A DNA stretch of 64,000 nucleotides from Eledone cirrhosa (lineage: Eukaryota), in assembly GCA_964016885.1 (NCBI GenBank), contig OZ024760.1:34410001-34474000 (forward strand), given 5' to 3'. Positions 24,976-42,451 of this stretch are shown here, piece after piece. Made by a program: the position numbers and the translations under genes. Every line of letters begins with the position of its first letter. Within the stretch, counting starts at the first letter, position 1. Under the pieces are notes generated by a model. That model saw only the letters and a program-made list of their open reading frames with translations, ran no database searches and had not been told where the DNA came from.

Positions 24976-25945
24976 TAGTTTTGCGAGGTTTTTGATATGA
25001 AATCGTGTGTTGAAACAAATATTGTTATACTTGGGGAGGGTCATATTTGTGTAATATTGCCAGAATTAATAACAGAACACACTCAATGTTTGGTTGGTTT
25101 TCGCTTTTCGCTTCTGTGTCTTTTAGATCGGTAATTTAATTTATTCGGTCCTCAATGTTGCCATTGACTGACCAACGGTCAAAAATACAGATACCATATA
25201 GACACACACACATATATATAGTTTATCAAAGTTCTTTCGTTGCACATCTGCAACATTGTCAGTGGTGCTATTGTTTCCTCCCGTTGCATTGTATTTTCTA
25301 CGCCATCTTTATTTAGTCTGTTTATATATTTATTTTGTCTTCTTTGCGCATGCGTTTGCGTGTGTGTATAGTGTTTTGTTTGATCTGTGTTCGTGATTGG
25401 GTGGCTGTGTAGTGGTTAATGTATTCTATCTTTACTAGTGTGTGTTTATATGTGTTTGTTGTTATTGTGCTTGTGTATGTATTTATTTATTTATCTATTT
25501 ATTTATTTATTTATACTTCTCTTAGGTCAGTGTTATTTGTTTGGGTGTTGTTGTTATTCCATTCATTCTTTCTGTTTAACCTTGGCCTTCTAAGTTCTAT
25601 TTCACTGGCCTCTCTGATTTGCCTATCTGTTGGATCATTTCTATGTTTAGATATTATTCTAATTTCTATGTTGTCTATGTTACCATCGTGTTGTTGTCTG
25701 GCATGTTCATATAGTATTGAACCGTTTTTTCGTCCTTTTAGTTCCCCCCAGTGTTGGTCTATCCTTTCACCTATGCTACGAGCTGTCTCGCCTATGTATG
25801 TTGTTGTCAATGAGGACCGAATAAAATAGATTACCGATATAAGAGACACAGAAGCGAAAAGCGAAAACCAACCAAACAGTGAGTGTGTTCTGTTATTAAT
25901 TCTGGCAATATTACACAAATATGACCCTCCCCAAGTATAACAATA
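24976..25945 (-). mobile_element. PLE family F 3' fragment (GIY-YIG end + pseudo-LTR) with an inverted terminal segment
   Basis: 'YIGETARSIGERIDQHW..SILYEHA..RQIREA..LNRKNEW' (25511-25805) matches the C-terminus of the 835-aa ORF. 25810-25945 is an inverted copy of ~25020-25155. Confidence 0.88.
25225..25266 (-). ncRNA. Degenerate hammerhead motif (family F relative)
   Basis: acca-CTGACAA-t-gttgca gatg tgcaac-GAAA-gaac-TT-tgat. G8 mutated and stem I weak; positionally equivalent to 56850-56894. Confidence 0.42.
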
Positions 25946-25963
25946 TATATATATATTTATAAA

Positions 25964-26037
<74 letters not shown>

Positions 26038-26278
26038 AATATATATATATATATTTATAAATATATATATATATATATATGTAGATAAATCTACCAAGAG
26101 TTTAGGTAGTGTCCAATCCGTATGAAGAATTCAATGTAATCCGGATATCATGGAAAGAAGAGATGCAATGAAAAATCACTTTCGGTGAAAGATAAACGGA
26201 ATACAGAGTCAAGATAAAATATTAAAAAAATAATGAATAAAACAATGAAACAGTTCCTTATATTAAACAAAAAAAGTT

Positions 26279-26428
26279 CATTATTTAACGATCGTTTCTA
26301 GGATATATATGTGTTAGAATTGGCATGCATATTCAACAGATCTATGTACAAAATTATACAAAATTATACAAACTATCAAAATTAAATATACATACCAAAC
26401 ACATATATATGCCGTCTTCAGAAATAAT
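26279..26428 (-). ncRNA. Hammerhead motif with 116-nt stem II (family G, inverted arm)
   Basis: Reverse complement of 26429-26579. Confidence 0.68.
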
Positions 26429-26579
26429 CATTATTTCTGAAGACGGCATATATATGTGTTTGGTATGTATATTTAATTTTGATAGTTTGTATAATTTTGT
26501 ATAATTTTGTACATAGATCTGTTGAATATGCATGCCAATTCTAACACATATATATCCTAGAAACGATCGTTAAATAATG
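26429..26579 (+). ncRNA. Hammerhead motif with 116-nt stem II (family G)
   Basis: cattattt-CTGAAGA-[..atatatatgtgtt...aacacatatatat..]-GAAA-cgatcg-TT-aaataatg. 8-bp stem I; palindrome ACGATCGT. Confidence 0.72.
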
Positions 26580-26659
26580 AACTTTTTTTGTTTAATATAA
26601 GGAACTGTTTCATTGTTTTATTCATTATTTTTTTAATATTTTATATATATATATATATT

Positions 26660-26766
<107 letters not shown>

Positions 26767-26972
26767 TTAAGGATACTATTTATGGTTATGTATGTAATAA
26801 AACCTTTTATGGGTATATATTTTTTATACAAACCCTAAATAGTGAAAGATAGTCATTAATTATTATCTTATTACCAGTAAGATAAATAGCTCAATGTAAT
26901 AACATCGGTTGTTTTACAGAGCAGTTATATAGAGATTACAATAATCAAAGTTCAGTTTAAATCATTTATTTG

Positions 26973-27021
26973 TTGCTTACAATTGTTTCCTCCAAACCGA
27001 GGTTTGGATTCTTTGGAGGAA
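26973..27021 (-). ncRNA. Degenerate hammerhead motif (family H, inverted arm)
   Basis: Copy of 31276-31324 with core CCAAAGA and one stem I change. Confidence 0.45.
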
Positions 27022-30000
27022 CTATTTAGTGATCTATAACATACTTGACCTCCTTTTCAACACAAGAGACATATAAAAACATATGCACATATTGATCCAC
27101 AGTGGGATGACATCCATCAAAATGATATAGCATGGCAATTTACATATAAAGGTTAAAGGATAAAGATAAAAATAAAAATAAAAATAATAATGAAGCATTG
27201 GCAGTCTATGAAGATAAAGCAAGAGGAAAGTTTAGAGTAGTCAGTGTATGAAACAATCTCACGTGTAGCATGCACGCGTGTCTTATTTATACAGGATGAG
27301 AGTGCGTCAGAATGTTACTTGCAGGGTCAGGCAGTTGAAGCAGGCAATTGATATTATTATGTGGGCTGAATTATTAAATCATTTTTTCTCATACACCTGT
27401 ATGATATACAGTCCCGAATGTGGAGAAACACCAAAATATCAAAAATATCAAACATATTATAAAACATATTATATCGTAGGCAAAACATTACCACTGTCTT
27501 CGCGCACACCACCACTCACATAATCCATGAGACGCAATATATAGACCACGGGTCTATCATATAATTCACGATGGTTCGGCATATAACCAAGTTATAAACC
27601 GTATCTTGTCGATTCTTAATTAATAGATCATGTTGTTTAGTTTTGTGTGATGATACTATATTCCGGAAGTGTGTGTATGACCAAGGGGAATTAATGCGTA
27701 AGGGGAGGTAACTAGCTGGTTTACTTAGTTAAATTTATTATCCTAAATTACATTAATGGTGTTTCAAATAAGTGCCTATCATATGATGCTATAACTAATT
27801 TCTAGATTATGTAACTTATCTATATGTTACAGTGTTGTCTATTAAGAAGTATTAAAGGTGTATATATCAGGATGATTACCTTCTATTAAGGGGTGTCATA
27901 TCTGAACATTCTATAAGAAGAGTCAGACCCCCAAATCAATGTTCTATGTAAGTGTAATTCCTCCCGCAGGACCTGGCATGGTCCTATTATTTTATATGTG
28001 ACTCCCGGTAAGCTCTGGGTCATTGTATGTCTGAATCCTTGGTAAATCTGAATATCTCCAGGGTGGTCTGGAGATCAAATCTCTCATATAAAGACACCAT
28101 TCTGGCCATCAAGCAATAGATAAACTCCTATCTCATATATAAATTAAATTAGGTATCTTATCTACAAATTAGAGTGGAGTCTATTAATAAGTACTAAAGG
28201 GGTTCATATCCTGATGATTACAATCTAATATGGAGTGCCACACCTGGACAATCCATAAGAAGAGTCAGACTACAAAATTAATTATAAGGGTCTCACTACT
28301 AATAAGGGTCTTATTACTAATAATGGTGTTATCATCATATAGTTTTTGAATGTTTTGTGCAAAAGAACTAGAAAACTATTGCACAAAACATTCAAAAACT
28401 ATAACCTTAGTATTACCATGGACAAAAACACCAAAAATGTCAACTTCCTAGACGCCACACTCTACCTAGACTCAATAATATATACACCTTTCCACAAACC
28501 TAATGAAAAACTCATCTACGTAGATACCAAGTCTAACCACCCTAGATCTATATTAAACTCTATCTCTAAGGGAGTATCTAATAGAATCTCTAATCTATCC
28601 TATGACATAAACACATTTAACAATAACTCGCAGTATTATAATCAGGCATTAGCTAGATCAGGATATAATACAGGGATAGAGTTCCTACCTACAAAAACGC
28701 ATAGCTACAACATTATTTCACACAACATATCCATGGGAAAATTTAATAATAAGAATAGCAACCTCACACACACTAATAGAGACGATAACAACAAAAGTAA
28801 CCCACACCACAGAAATTACCATAGTAACATTAAAGGAAACAAATCACCGGACATAAAAAACAGAAATAGAAGAAGAAATAATACATTTTTCAACCCTCCC
28901 TTCAATCTAAATGTCTCTACCAACCTACCTAGGGCTTTCTTCTCACTACTGGATAAACACTGGATAAACACTTCCCATCCGGCCACAGGTACCATAGCCT
29001 TTTAAACAAAAACACTATTAAAATCTCATACTCTACTACACCCAGAATAATTGTAACTGTAGATCAAATAGAACCTGCCCTTTAGATAAAAAATGCTTAA
29101 CCAAGGATATCATATACTCATGTACAGTCACAACTAACAACTCTTCTGAAACCTATATAGGCTCTACTTCTAACTGCTTCAAAACTAGATACAATTCGCA
29201 CCTCCACTCTTTCAAAAAACACAGTCTGGCCAACTCCACTTCACTATCTAGCTACATACACTATCTAAAAACTAAAAATAAACTATACACACTTAAATGG
29301 GAAGTGGTAGGTAGTGCATCGTCGTACAAACTACCTAATAAATTTTGTAACCTCTGTCTACTAGAGACCCATACTATCGTCTTCTCTAACAATAATCTCC
29401 TTAATAAAAAATCAGAAGTGTTCACATCTTGCCAACACCGCTTCCGACACTCTTTCCAAAACTTTAGACCCTATATATAACAATGTCTGACTGGAACCGT
29501 CACCACCCCTAGCAATTAGCATCAGTAGCACATCTCACACCTCACCTCCACACCCATTTATATACTCTAAAGGTAATACTGGCAGCATTATAGCACCATC
29601 TACCCTGGGGATACCCCCATGTACTTCTAATTCTGATATCTCAGCCATGGATTACTTAAACTGCATTGCACAAATATATGATTAATATAAACTGTAGACA
29701 CAGTATTGGTTGTGCTAACATAGTCCTGTGCATGAAGTGCCACCATGAGCTAGATTGATGATTAAGTAAGTAATCTTATTATTATGTGACTATATATTCT
29801 ATACGATCAGTACAATGAATTATGCACAGGTGATACATCAGTTAGGAGTCTCTGTGTTGCTTGATGACCTGACTAGTATCTTTTGATGAGAGAATGGGTC
29901 CCCGGACCACCCTGGTGAACTTATCGTGAATGCAGTCATACAATGACCCGAAACTTGCCGGGAGTCCTGTATGATAATAAGACCCTTATTAGTAGTGAGA

Positions 30001-31275
30001 CCCTTATAATTAATTTTGTAGTCTGACTCTTCTTATGGATTGTCCAGGTGTGGCACTCCATATTAGATTGTAATCATCAGGATATGAACCCCTTTAGTAC
30101 TTATTAATAGACTCCACTCTAATTTGTAGATAAGATACCTAATTTAATTTATATATGAGATAGGAGTTTATCTATTGCTTGATGGCCAGAATGGTGTCTT
30201 TATATGAGAGATTTGATCTCCAGACCACCCTGGAGATATTCAGATTTACCAAGGATTCAGACATACAATGACCCAGAGCTTACCGGGAGTCACATATAAA
30301 ATAATAGGACCATGCCAGGTCCTGCGGGAGGAATTACACTTACATAGAACATTGATTTGGGGGTCTGACTCTTCTTATAGAATGTTCAGATATGACACCC
30401 CTTAATAGAAGGTAATCATCCTGATATATACACCTTTAGTACCTCTTAATAGACAACACTGTAACCTATAGATAAGTAACATAATCTAGAAATTAGTTAT
30501 AGCATCATATGATAGGCACTTATTTGAAACACCATTAATGTAATTTAAGATAATAAATTTAACTAAGTAAACCAGCTAGTTACCTCCCCTTACGCATTAA
30601 CTCCCCTTGGTCATACACACACTTCCGGAATATAGTATCATCACACAAAACTAAACAACATGATCTATTAATTAAGAATCGACAAGATACGGTTTATAAC
30701 TTGGTTATATGCCGAACCATCGTGAATTATATGATAGACCCGTGGTCTATATATTGCGTCTCATGGATTATGTGAGTGGTGGTGTGCGCGAAGACAGTGG
30801 TAATGTTTTGCCTACGATATAATATGTTTTATAATATGTTTGATATTTTTGATATTTTGGTGTTTCTCCACATTCGGGACTGTATATCATACAGGTGTAT
30901 GCGAATAAATGATTTAATAATTCAGCCCACATAATAATATCAATTGCCTGCTTCAACTGCCTGACCCTGCAAGTAACATTCTGACGTACTCTCATCCTGT
31001 ATAAATAAGACACGCGTGCATGCTACACGTGAGATTGTTTCATACACTGACTACTCTAAACTTTCCTCTTGCTTTATCTTCATAGACTGCCAATGCTTCA
31101 TTATTATTTTTATTTTTATTTTTATTTTTATCTTTATCCTTTAACCTTTATATGTAAATTGCCATGCTATATCATTTTGATGGATGTCATCCCACTGTGG
31201 ATCAATATGTGCATATGTTTTTATATGTCTCTTGTGTTGAAAAGGAGGTCAAGTATGTTATAGATCACTAAATAG

Positions 31276-31324
31276 TTGCTCCGAAGAATCCAAACCTCGG
31301 TTTGGAGGAAACAATTGTAAGCAA
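31276..31324 (+). ncRNA. Hammerhead-like motif, CCGAAGA core (family H)
   Basis: ttgct-CCGAAGA-a tccaaac ctcg gtttgga g-GAAA-caattg-TA-agcaa. Palindrome ACAATTGT; AATAAA follows. Confidence 0.68.
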
Positions 31325-31372
31325 ATAAATGATTTAAACTGAACTTTGATTATTGTAATCTATATATATATA

Positions 31373-31431
<59 letters not shown>

Positions 31432-31586
31432 TTATATATATATATATATTTATAAATATATATATATATATATTTATAAATATATATATATATATTTATA
31501 TATATATATATTTATAAATATATATATATATATTTATATATATATATATTTATAAATATATATATAAATATATATATATATATATT

Positions 31587-31632
<46 letters not shown>

Positions 31633-31673
31633 AATATATATATATATATTTATAAATATATATATATATATAT

Positions 31674-31717
31674 ATTGTTATACTTTGGGAGGGTCATGTT
31701 GCCAAATTCAGAAACGA
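31674..31717. mobile_element. 44-bp micro-insertion of PLE family F termini
   Basis: attgttatactttgggagggtcatgttgccaa (= 56672-56713 region) joined to inverted attcagaaacga (= reverse complement of ~56625-56636). Confidence 0.75.
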
Positions 31718-31785
31718 TATATATATATATTTATATATAGATATATATATATATTTATATATATATTTATATATATATATATATT

Positions 31786-31821
<36 letters not shown>

Positions 31822-31825
<4 letters not shown>

Positions 31826-32752
31826 ACTTTGTTAACTTTCGGCCAGTATTGGCCCAGGCCATGTCTAACTTAACAGCACCACCTGGCGAAGTCTTACAAA
31901 TCAGTGTTTGGGCACCATGGACCACTCGAGCAGAGAGTTATTGTTTACTGAGGCATATCCGGGTGTAGGAGGCTTATCCGGGATTTCATGAAGGAATTTA
32001 TCCAAAGACTTCTTGAACTTGATGGGGTCTGTCTCTGCTTTGATGTGTTTTGGTGTAATGTTAAAGAGTGCAGGGCCAATTGAGGTGAAATAATTGTGCC
32101 GTATTGTTGTTATGTGATGCGAATGGGATTTTTGTCGTCGGCGGATAACACGGGGCCCAAGCCTTTGGTGTACACTAAAGGTGATGCCAACATCATTTGG
32201 GCTAAGTTGATGGAATATTTTCCACATCATACAGATGATGTAGCGCTCACGGCGACGTTGAAGAGAATAATGTTTGAGCCTTTCTAAACGACCCTAATAT
32301 TCAAGGCCTGTCATGCCAACTATCTTTTTTTGTAATTGACCTTTGGGGTGCTTCAACTTTCATGATACTTTGTTTCGTGTGGGGTGACCACAGTGGACAA
32401 CAGTATTCAAGGTGGGGTCGGGTAAAAGTGGAGAAGAGAAGGACAGCAGTGTGGATATCTCTCGACTGGAAAGTTCTGAGAATCCAGGAACATATCAACT
32501 TTGCTGTTTATATGAGTGGCCCAGCTTATGTTGTTGTCCACAATTACTCCCAGGTCTCTGATGTTATTGGAAGCCACTAGAGTTTCACCCGAAGGAAGAG
32601 AGTATGGTAGTTTCAGGGCATCCTTTTTTCCAAAGTGGATTAGTTCAAATTTATCCTCATTCAACAGCATATTATTCATCTCTGCCCATTGGATAACAGC
32701 CAGTTGGTCTGACTGAAGGCAAGTCCGGTCACCCACCTCATTGATGACCCTT
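31822..32752 (-). mobile_element. CR1/L2-group LINE 3' fragment, sister subfamily of 4459-8800
   Basis: '[14 protein letters not shown]', '[13 protein letters not shown]', '[17 protein letters not shown]'; AAAGTTA-repeat tail at (TA)n. Confidence 0.92.
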
Positions 32753-32760
32753 ATATGACC

Positions 32761-32835
<75 letters not shown>

Positions 32836-32838
<3 letters not shown>

Positions 32839-32950
32839 GGGACGAGTAGGAGCCCGACGGCTGAGCTCAAGCCGTTTCGACGGCTAATTCTGGACTAGAT
32901 AGCCGTCGGAACGGCCTGAGCCCAGCCGTCGGGGTCCTACTTGTTCCTAT
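32836..32950. repeat. GC-rich 51-bp inverted repeat with a 13-nt loop
   Basis: Arms 32836-32886 and 32900-32950, ~6 mismatches; left arm + loop recur at 56023-56079. Confidence 0.88.
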
Positions 32951-33156
32951 TACCCACTCTACTACCCTCAGTATTGAGTACTTTGGTGCGTTATGGTCCA
33001 TCTGGTTCCTTACCACATTTCCTTCGTTATATATACATATATATACATATATACATATACATATATATATATACATATACATATATATATATATATACAT
33101 ACATATATATATATATATACATACATATATATATATATATATACATATATATATAC

Positions 33157-33295
<139 letters not shown>

Positions 33296-33296
33296 C

Positions 33297-33327
<31 letters not shown>

Positions 33328-33394
33328 CATATATATACATATATATATACATATATACATATATATACATATATATATACATATATATATATAC

Positions 33395-33427
<33 letters not shown>

Positions 33428-33631
33428 CATATATATACATATACATATATACAGTATTTTCCGTTGTGTTGTAATATAAATATTACACACAGTAGATTAA
33501 CAGCTCACGTAGAGTTTGCTCGACGGTTCCAGTTGTAGTTCCAAAAGTAATCCGGAGAAAAATAGATATATTTATATACATATAGATATATACAAAAATA
33601 GATATATATATATACATAAATATATACAAAA

Positions 33632-33663
<32 letters not shown>

Positions 33664-33669
33664 ATATAC

Positions 33670-33719
<50 letters not shown>

Positions 33720-33721
33720 GT

Positions 33722-34563
33722 ATGCGCCTTGCACTGGAGAAACACCAGGACACTGGCTTTACTGTAGCACCGGCTCAGAGCAGGAGAGTTGGGGCGAAAA
33801 AGGTATCGGATGCTGAATTTGCCGACGACAAAGTTTTGGTGACAAATACAATGAAGGAGGCAGAGGATTTGATGCGGGAGGTTGAGACTGTGTCAGTGAG
33901 TGTGGGGCTGAGAATGAATGAGACTAAAACAAAATATCTGGTAGAGAATGTTGAGAAGCCAGAGGGGATCACTAATGTAGGCGGGAAGCCGCTGGAATTG
34001 GTTGAGGACTTCCTGTATTTGGGAATACGGAAGATGATGTGGTTGAGAGGAAGAGCAAGGCCTGGGCGGCGTGTCACAGCTTGAGATCGGTGTGGAAGTC
34101 GGACCTTCGTAGAGACCTGAAAATCCGCCTCTTCATTGCTGTAGTGGAGTCTGTGCTGCTGTATGGGTCTGAGACTTGGACACTGACCAAGAGACTCACT
34201 CAGATGGTGGATGGGTGCTACACGAGAATGCTGAGGATGGCTCTGAACATTAATCAGTATACACTGAGGATGAAAAACTCAGAGGTGTATGGGAGCATAA
34301 CAAAAGTCAGCTCAAAAGTGACACAGAGGAGACTGAGGTTGGCTGGACATGCTCACCGACATCCAGAGTTGACATTGCACTCAGTGCTCCTTTGGGAGCC
34401 CCTACATGAACACACTAGAAGAGGAAGACCAAGGTTAACATATGTTGATGCACTAAGGACAGACACTGGTCTTTTGGAGATGCAGGATATGGCAGCGATA
34501 ATGAGGGACAGAGACCGCTGGAGAGAACTCGTGCATGGATCTCGGGAATTTTACCCGTCTTAG
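33722..34563 (+). mobile_element. RTE-clade LINE 3' fragment (second family, no PHD insert), frameshifted
   Basis: 'EFADD', 'GLRMNETKTK', 'EDFLYLG', 'LLYGSETW', 'RLRLAGH', 'RRGRP'. Confidence 0.9.
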
Positions 34564-34582
34564 ATAGATAGATATATACATA

Positions 34583-34903
<321 letters not shown>

Positions 34904-35000
34904 TATATATATATACATATATACATACATATATACATACATATATATATACATACATATATATATATATATATACATACATATATATATACATACATAC

Positions 35001-35117
<117 letters not shown>

Positions 35118-35172
35118 TATATACATATATATATATACATATACATATATATATATATATACATATATATAT

Positions 35173-35340
35173 ATTGTTATACTTTGGGAGGGTCATGTTG
35201 CCAATAAGAAACACACGCACCAGTTGCTTTCACTTCAATTTATTATATATTTACAAATTTATAAATTTACAAACTTATAAATTTCTAGTTGGTTGGTTGG
35301 TTCCACAACCAGATAGTTGTTTATATATATTCAGAAACGA
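35173..35340 (-). mobile_element. 168-bp mini-element of PLE family F (copy 2, tandem)
   Basis: Near-identical to 34736-34903, including the start of the downstream microsatellite. Confidence 0.85.
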
Positions 35341-35385
35341 TATATATATATACATATATACATACATATATACATACATATATAT

Positions 35386-35422
<37 letters not shown>

Positions 35423-35491
35423 CATACATATATATATACATACATATATATATACATACATACATATATATATATATACATATATATATAC

Positions 35492-35576
<85 letters not shown>

Positions 35577-35597
35577 CATATATATATACATATATAT

Positions 35598-36627
35598 ATA
35601 ACTTTGAATAACTTTGAAATGTTTTGGCCAGTATTGGCCCAGGCCATGTCTAACTTAATAGCACCACCTGGCGAAGTCTTTCAATTCAGGATTTGGGCAC
35701 CATGGCCCATTCGAGAAGAGAATTACTGTTTGCGGAGACATATCCGGGTGTGGGTGGTTTGTCCGGGATTACTTGGAGGAATTTGTCCAAAGACTTCTTG
35801 AATTTTGTGTGGTCAGTTTCTGTTTTGACGTGTCCTGGTGTGATGTTGAAGAGAGCAGGGCCGATTGAGGTGAAATAATTGTGCCGTATTGTTGTTATGA
35901 GTTGCGATTTAGATTTTTGAATGGGACGGATAGCACGGGGCCCAAGCCTTGGGTGTATCTTGAAGGCGATGCCAACATCATTTGGGCAGTGATGATGGAA
36001 CATTTTCCACATCATGCAGATAATATAACGCTCACGGCGACGTTGGAGTGAGTAAAGTTTCAGGTTTTCCAATCGACCCCAGTAGTCAAGGTCTGACATG
36101 CCATCTATCTTTTTCGTGATTGCCCTTTGAGGAGCTTCAAGTTTCATGATACTTTGTTTCGTGTGGGGAGACCACAGTGGACAACAGTATTCAAGGTGTG
36201 GTCGGGCGAAAGTAGAGAAGAGAAGGATAATGGTGCGGGAATCTCTCGACTGGAAGGTTCTGAGGATCCAGGAACACATTCTGCGGGCCATGTCAACTTT
36301 GCTGCTTATATGCGTGGTCCAGCTTATGTTGCTGTCCACGGTTACTCCCAAGTCTCTGATGTTGTTAGATGCCACGAGAGTTTCCCCGGAGGGAAGGGAG
36401 TACGGGAGTTTCAGAGCATCCTCTTTTCCAAAGTGGATCAGTTCGAATTTATCTTCGTTCAGTAACATGTTGTTCTTTTCTGCCCATTGGGTAACAGCCA
36501 GTAGGTCTGACTGAAGGCTTATCCGGTCATCCACGCCATTGATGACCTTTTGGAGCTTGGAATCATCAGCGAAAATTTTAATGTTGCTGTGTTTGATGAT
36601 GTCAGTGATGTCATTAATATAGATGAT
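35598..36627 (-). mobile_element. CR1/L2-group LINE, 5'-truncated copy with an open RT C-terminal frame
   Basis: Only the last ~310 aa of the 1120-aa ORF are real ('[22 protein letters not shown]..'); tail (TTCAAAGTTA)2. Confidence 0.94.
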
Positions 36628-40161
<3,534 letters not shown>

Positions 40162-41410
40162 TTAACTGTATATTTTTCACAAAGTATACAGTTAATATTC
40201 AATTCTTTATCAATTTAGAATCTTTTCTCAAAGGCACATATACATACACCTCTTTAAAATATACCCATCTTCCTACCTTACTTCAAAGGGCATTATACAC
40301 TCTATAATACTTGTTTACTCATTACCCTCTTTCTATCTTCACCTTGTAAAATCCTTCATAACATATACATTTGTTTTTTGACGTTAGAATATTCATCCGC
40401 AATTATTATTATTTTTTCTCTCTATCATAAAACTTTTTAATCTCAATTTCATCCTTAATTTATTATTTTTTTCTCCCCATCAACGAACTCATTCTTAATA
40501 CATATTAACTCTTTATTCGCACATATTATCAATTCCTTCAATATACAAACTTTAACTTTACATTATTTTTCTCAAATCCTTCTACACACAAACCTTAATA
40601 ATTTTTTCTCTTCGTTAATTTTGAAATTGCCACAATACTTATCAACATACACTTTTTTTGACGTTAGAATATTCATCCACAATTATTATTTTTTCTCTCT
40701 ATCTTCATACATAAATTCCCTTCGTTAATTTTCAAATTCTTTTAATTTATACATTATCTTCCAACGGTTCTCAACCTCTCTATGCAAAACAATATATCTT
40801 TTCTCAGTTATAAAAACTATCTCTTTCTCTCTATCACCCATCTCTCCCTCTCCACCTTCACTCTCATCTCCTCCCCCTTTTTTCATCCTTTCCCCCCCCC
40901 TCCCTAAATAAAATATTTTTTCCTCGTACATATCTTCCCTTCGTTAATTTTCAAATTCTTTTAATTTATACATTATCTTCCAACGGTTTTCAACCTCTCT
41001 ATGTAAAACAATATATCTTCTCTCAGTTATAAAAACTATCTCTTTCTCTCTATCACCCATCTCTCCCTCTCATCTCCTCCCCTTTTTCATCCCCCCCCCC
41101 CTCTCTAAATAAAATATTTTTCCCAATATCACACATCAATCTAAAACCACTTTTCATATGTTGATTTAAAACTGCACTATCCACAAGTGTTTTTTAGCCT
41201 TCATATCATGTTCTATTTTATCTGATGAAAACACAAATATTATTGCATGATGATGTTTGTTTTTGAAATGCGCATAATAAAATACATGGAACTCCTTTAA
41301 CCATCTTTTGATCTTATATTATGTATACTCCAGTCCTACAAACTGTAGAGTGCTTCTTATCCGATATCTGCATTGCTTTATTGTACTACAATAAAACTCA
41401 CCTCCTACAT
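40162..41410 (+). mobile_element. HHR family C terminal region (probable PLE 3' UTR/pseudo-LTR) with internal duplications
   Basis: Homologous to 14706-15170 and 55630-55885; direct repeats ~40715-40925 / 40935-41125. Confidence 0.72.
41216..41282 (+). ncRNA. Type I hammerhead ribozyme with long stem II (family C)
   Basis: ttttat-CTGATGA-aaacacaaatattattgcatgatgatgtttgttttt-GAAA-tgcgca-TA-ataaaa. Palindrome ATGCGCAT; AUA site. Confidence 0.8.
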
Positions 41411-41411
41411 T

Positions 41412-42236
<825 letters not shown>

Positions 42237-42450
42237 TAGAAAGTGGGTTTTTTTTTACAAAATGAAAAATAACCGAGGTGTCCTACACGAGTGAAAGTAT
42301 AAAGAAAAAGAGATGAAATCGAAAATGCAACTCGAGTCTTATTTTAAAAAAAAATATATATATTTATTTGGTTCCTTTACCAGTTTCGCAGTTCTTCTGC
42401 TTTTCAAAAGGTGAGTTGAGATGGAGGGTCTGTGGTTTTTCTCACATCTG
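42237..42450 (-). mobile_element. Terminal fragment of PLE family I (same family as 60607-64000)
   Basis: 42298-42450 is near-identical to 60607-60758. Confidence 0.87.
42374..42411 (-). ncRNA. Hammerhead motif, U3-A8 core variant (family I)
   Basis: cctt-TTGAAAA-gcag aagaa ctgc-GAAA-ctgg-TA-aagg. Confidence 0.75.
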
Positions 42451-42451
42451 A

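Larger units (their letters stand above)
26081..26644. mobile_element. Fold-back insertion of HHR family G (palindrome 26214-26644, centre ~26429)
   Basis: Two ~215-bp reverse-complement arms with essentially no spacer; third copy at 54292-54512. Confidence 0.9.
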
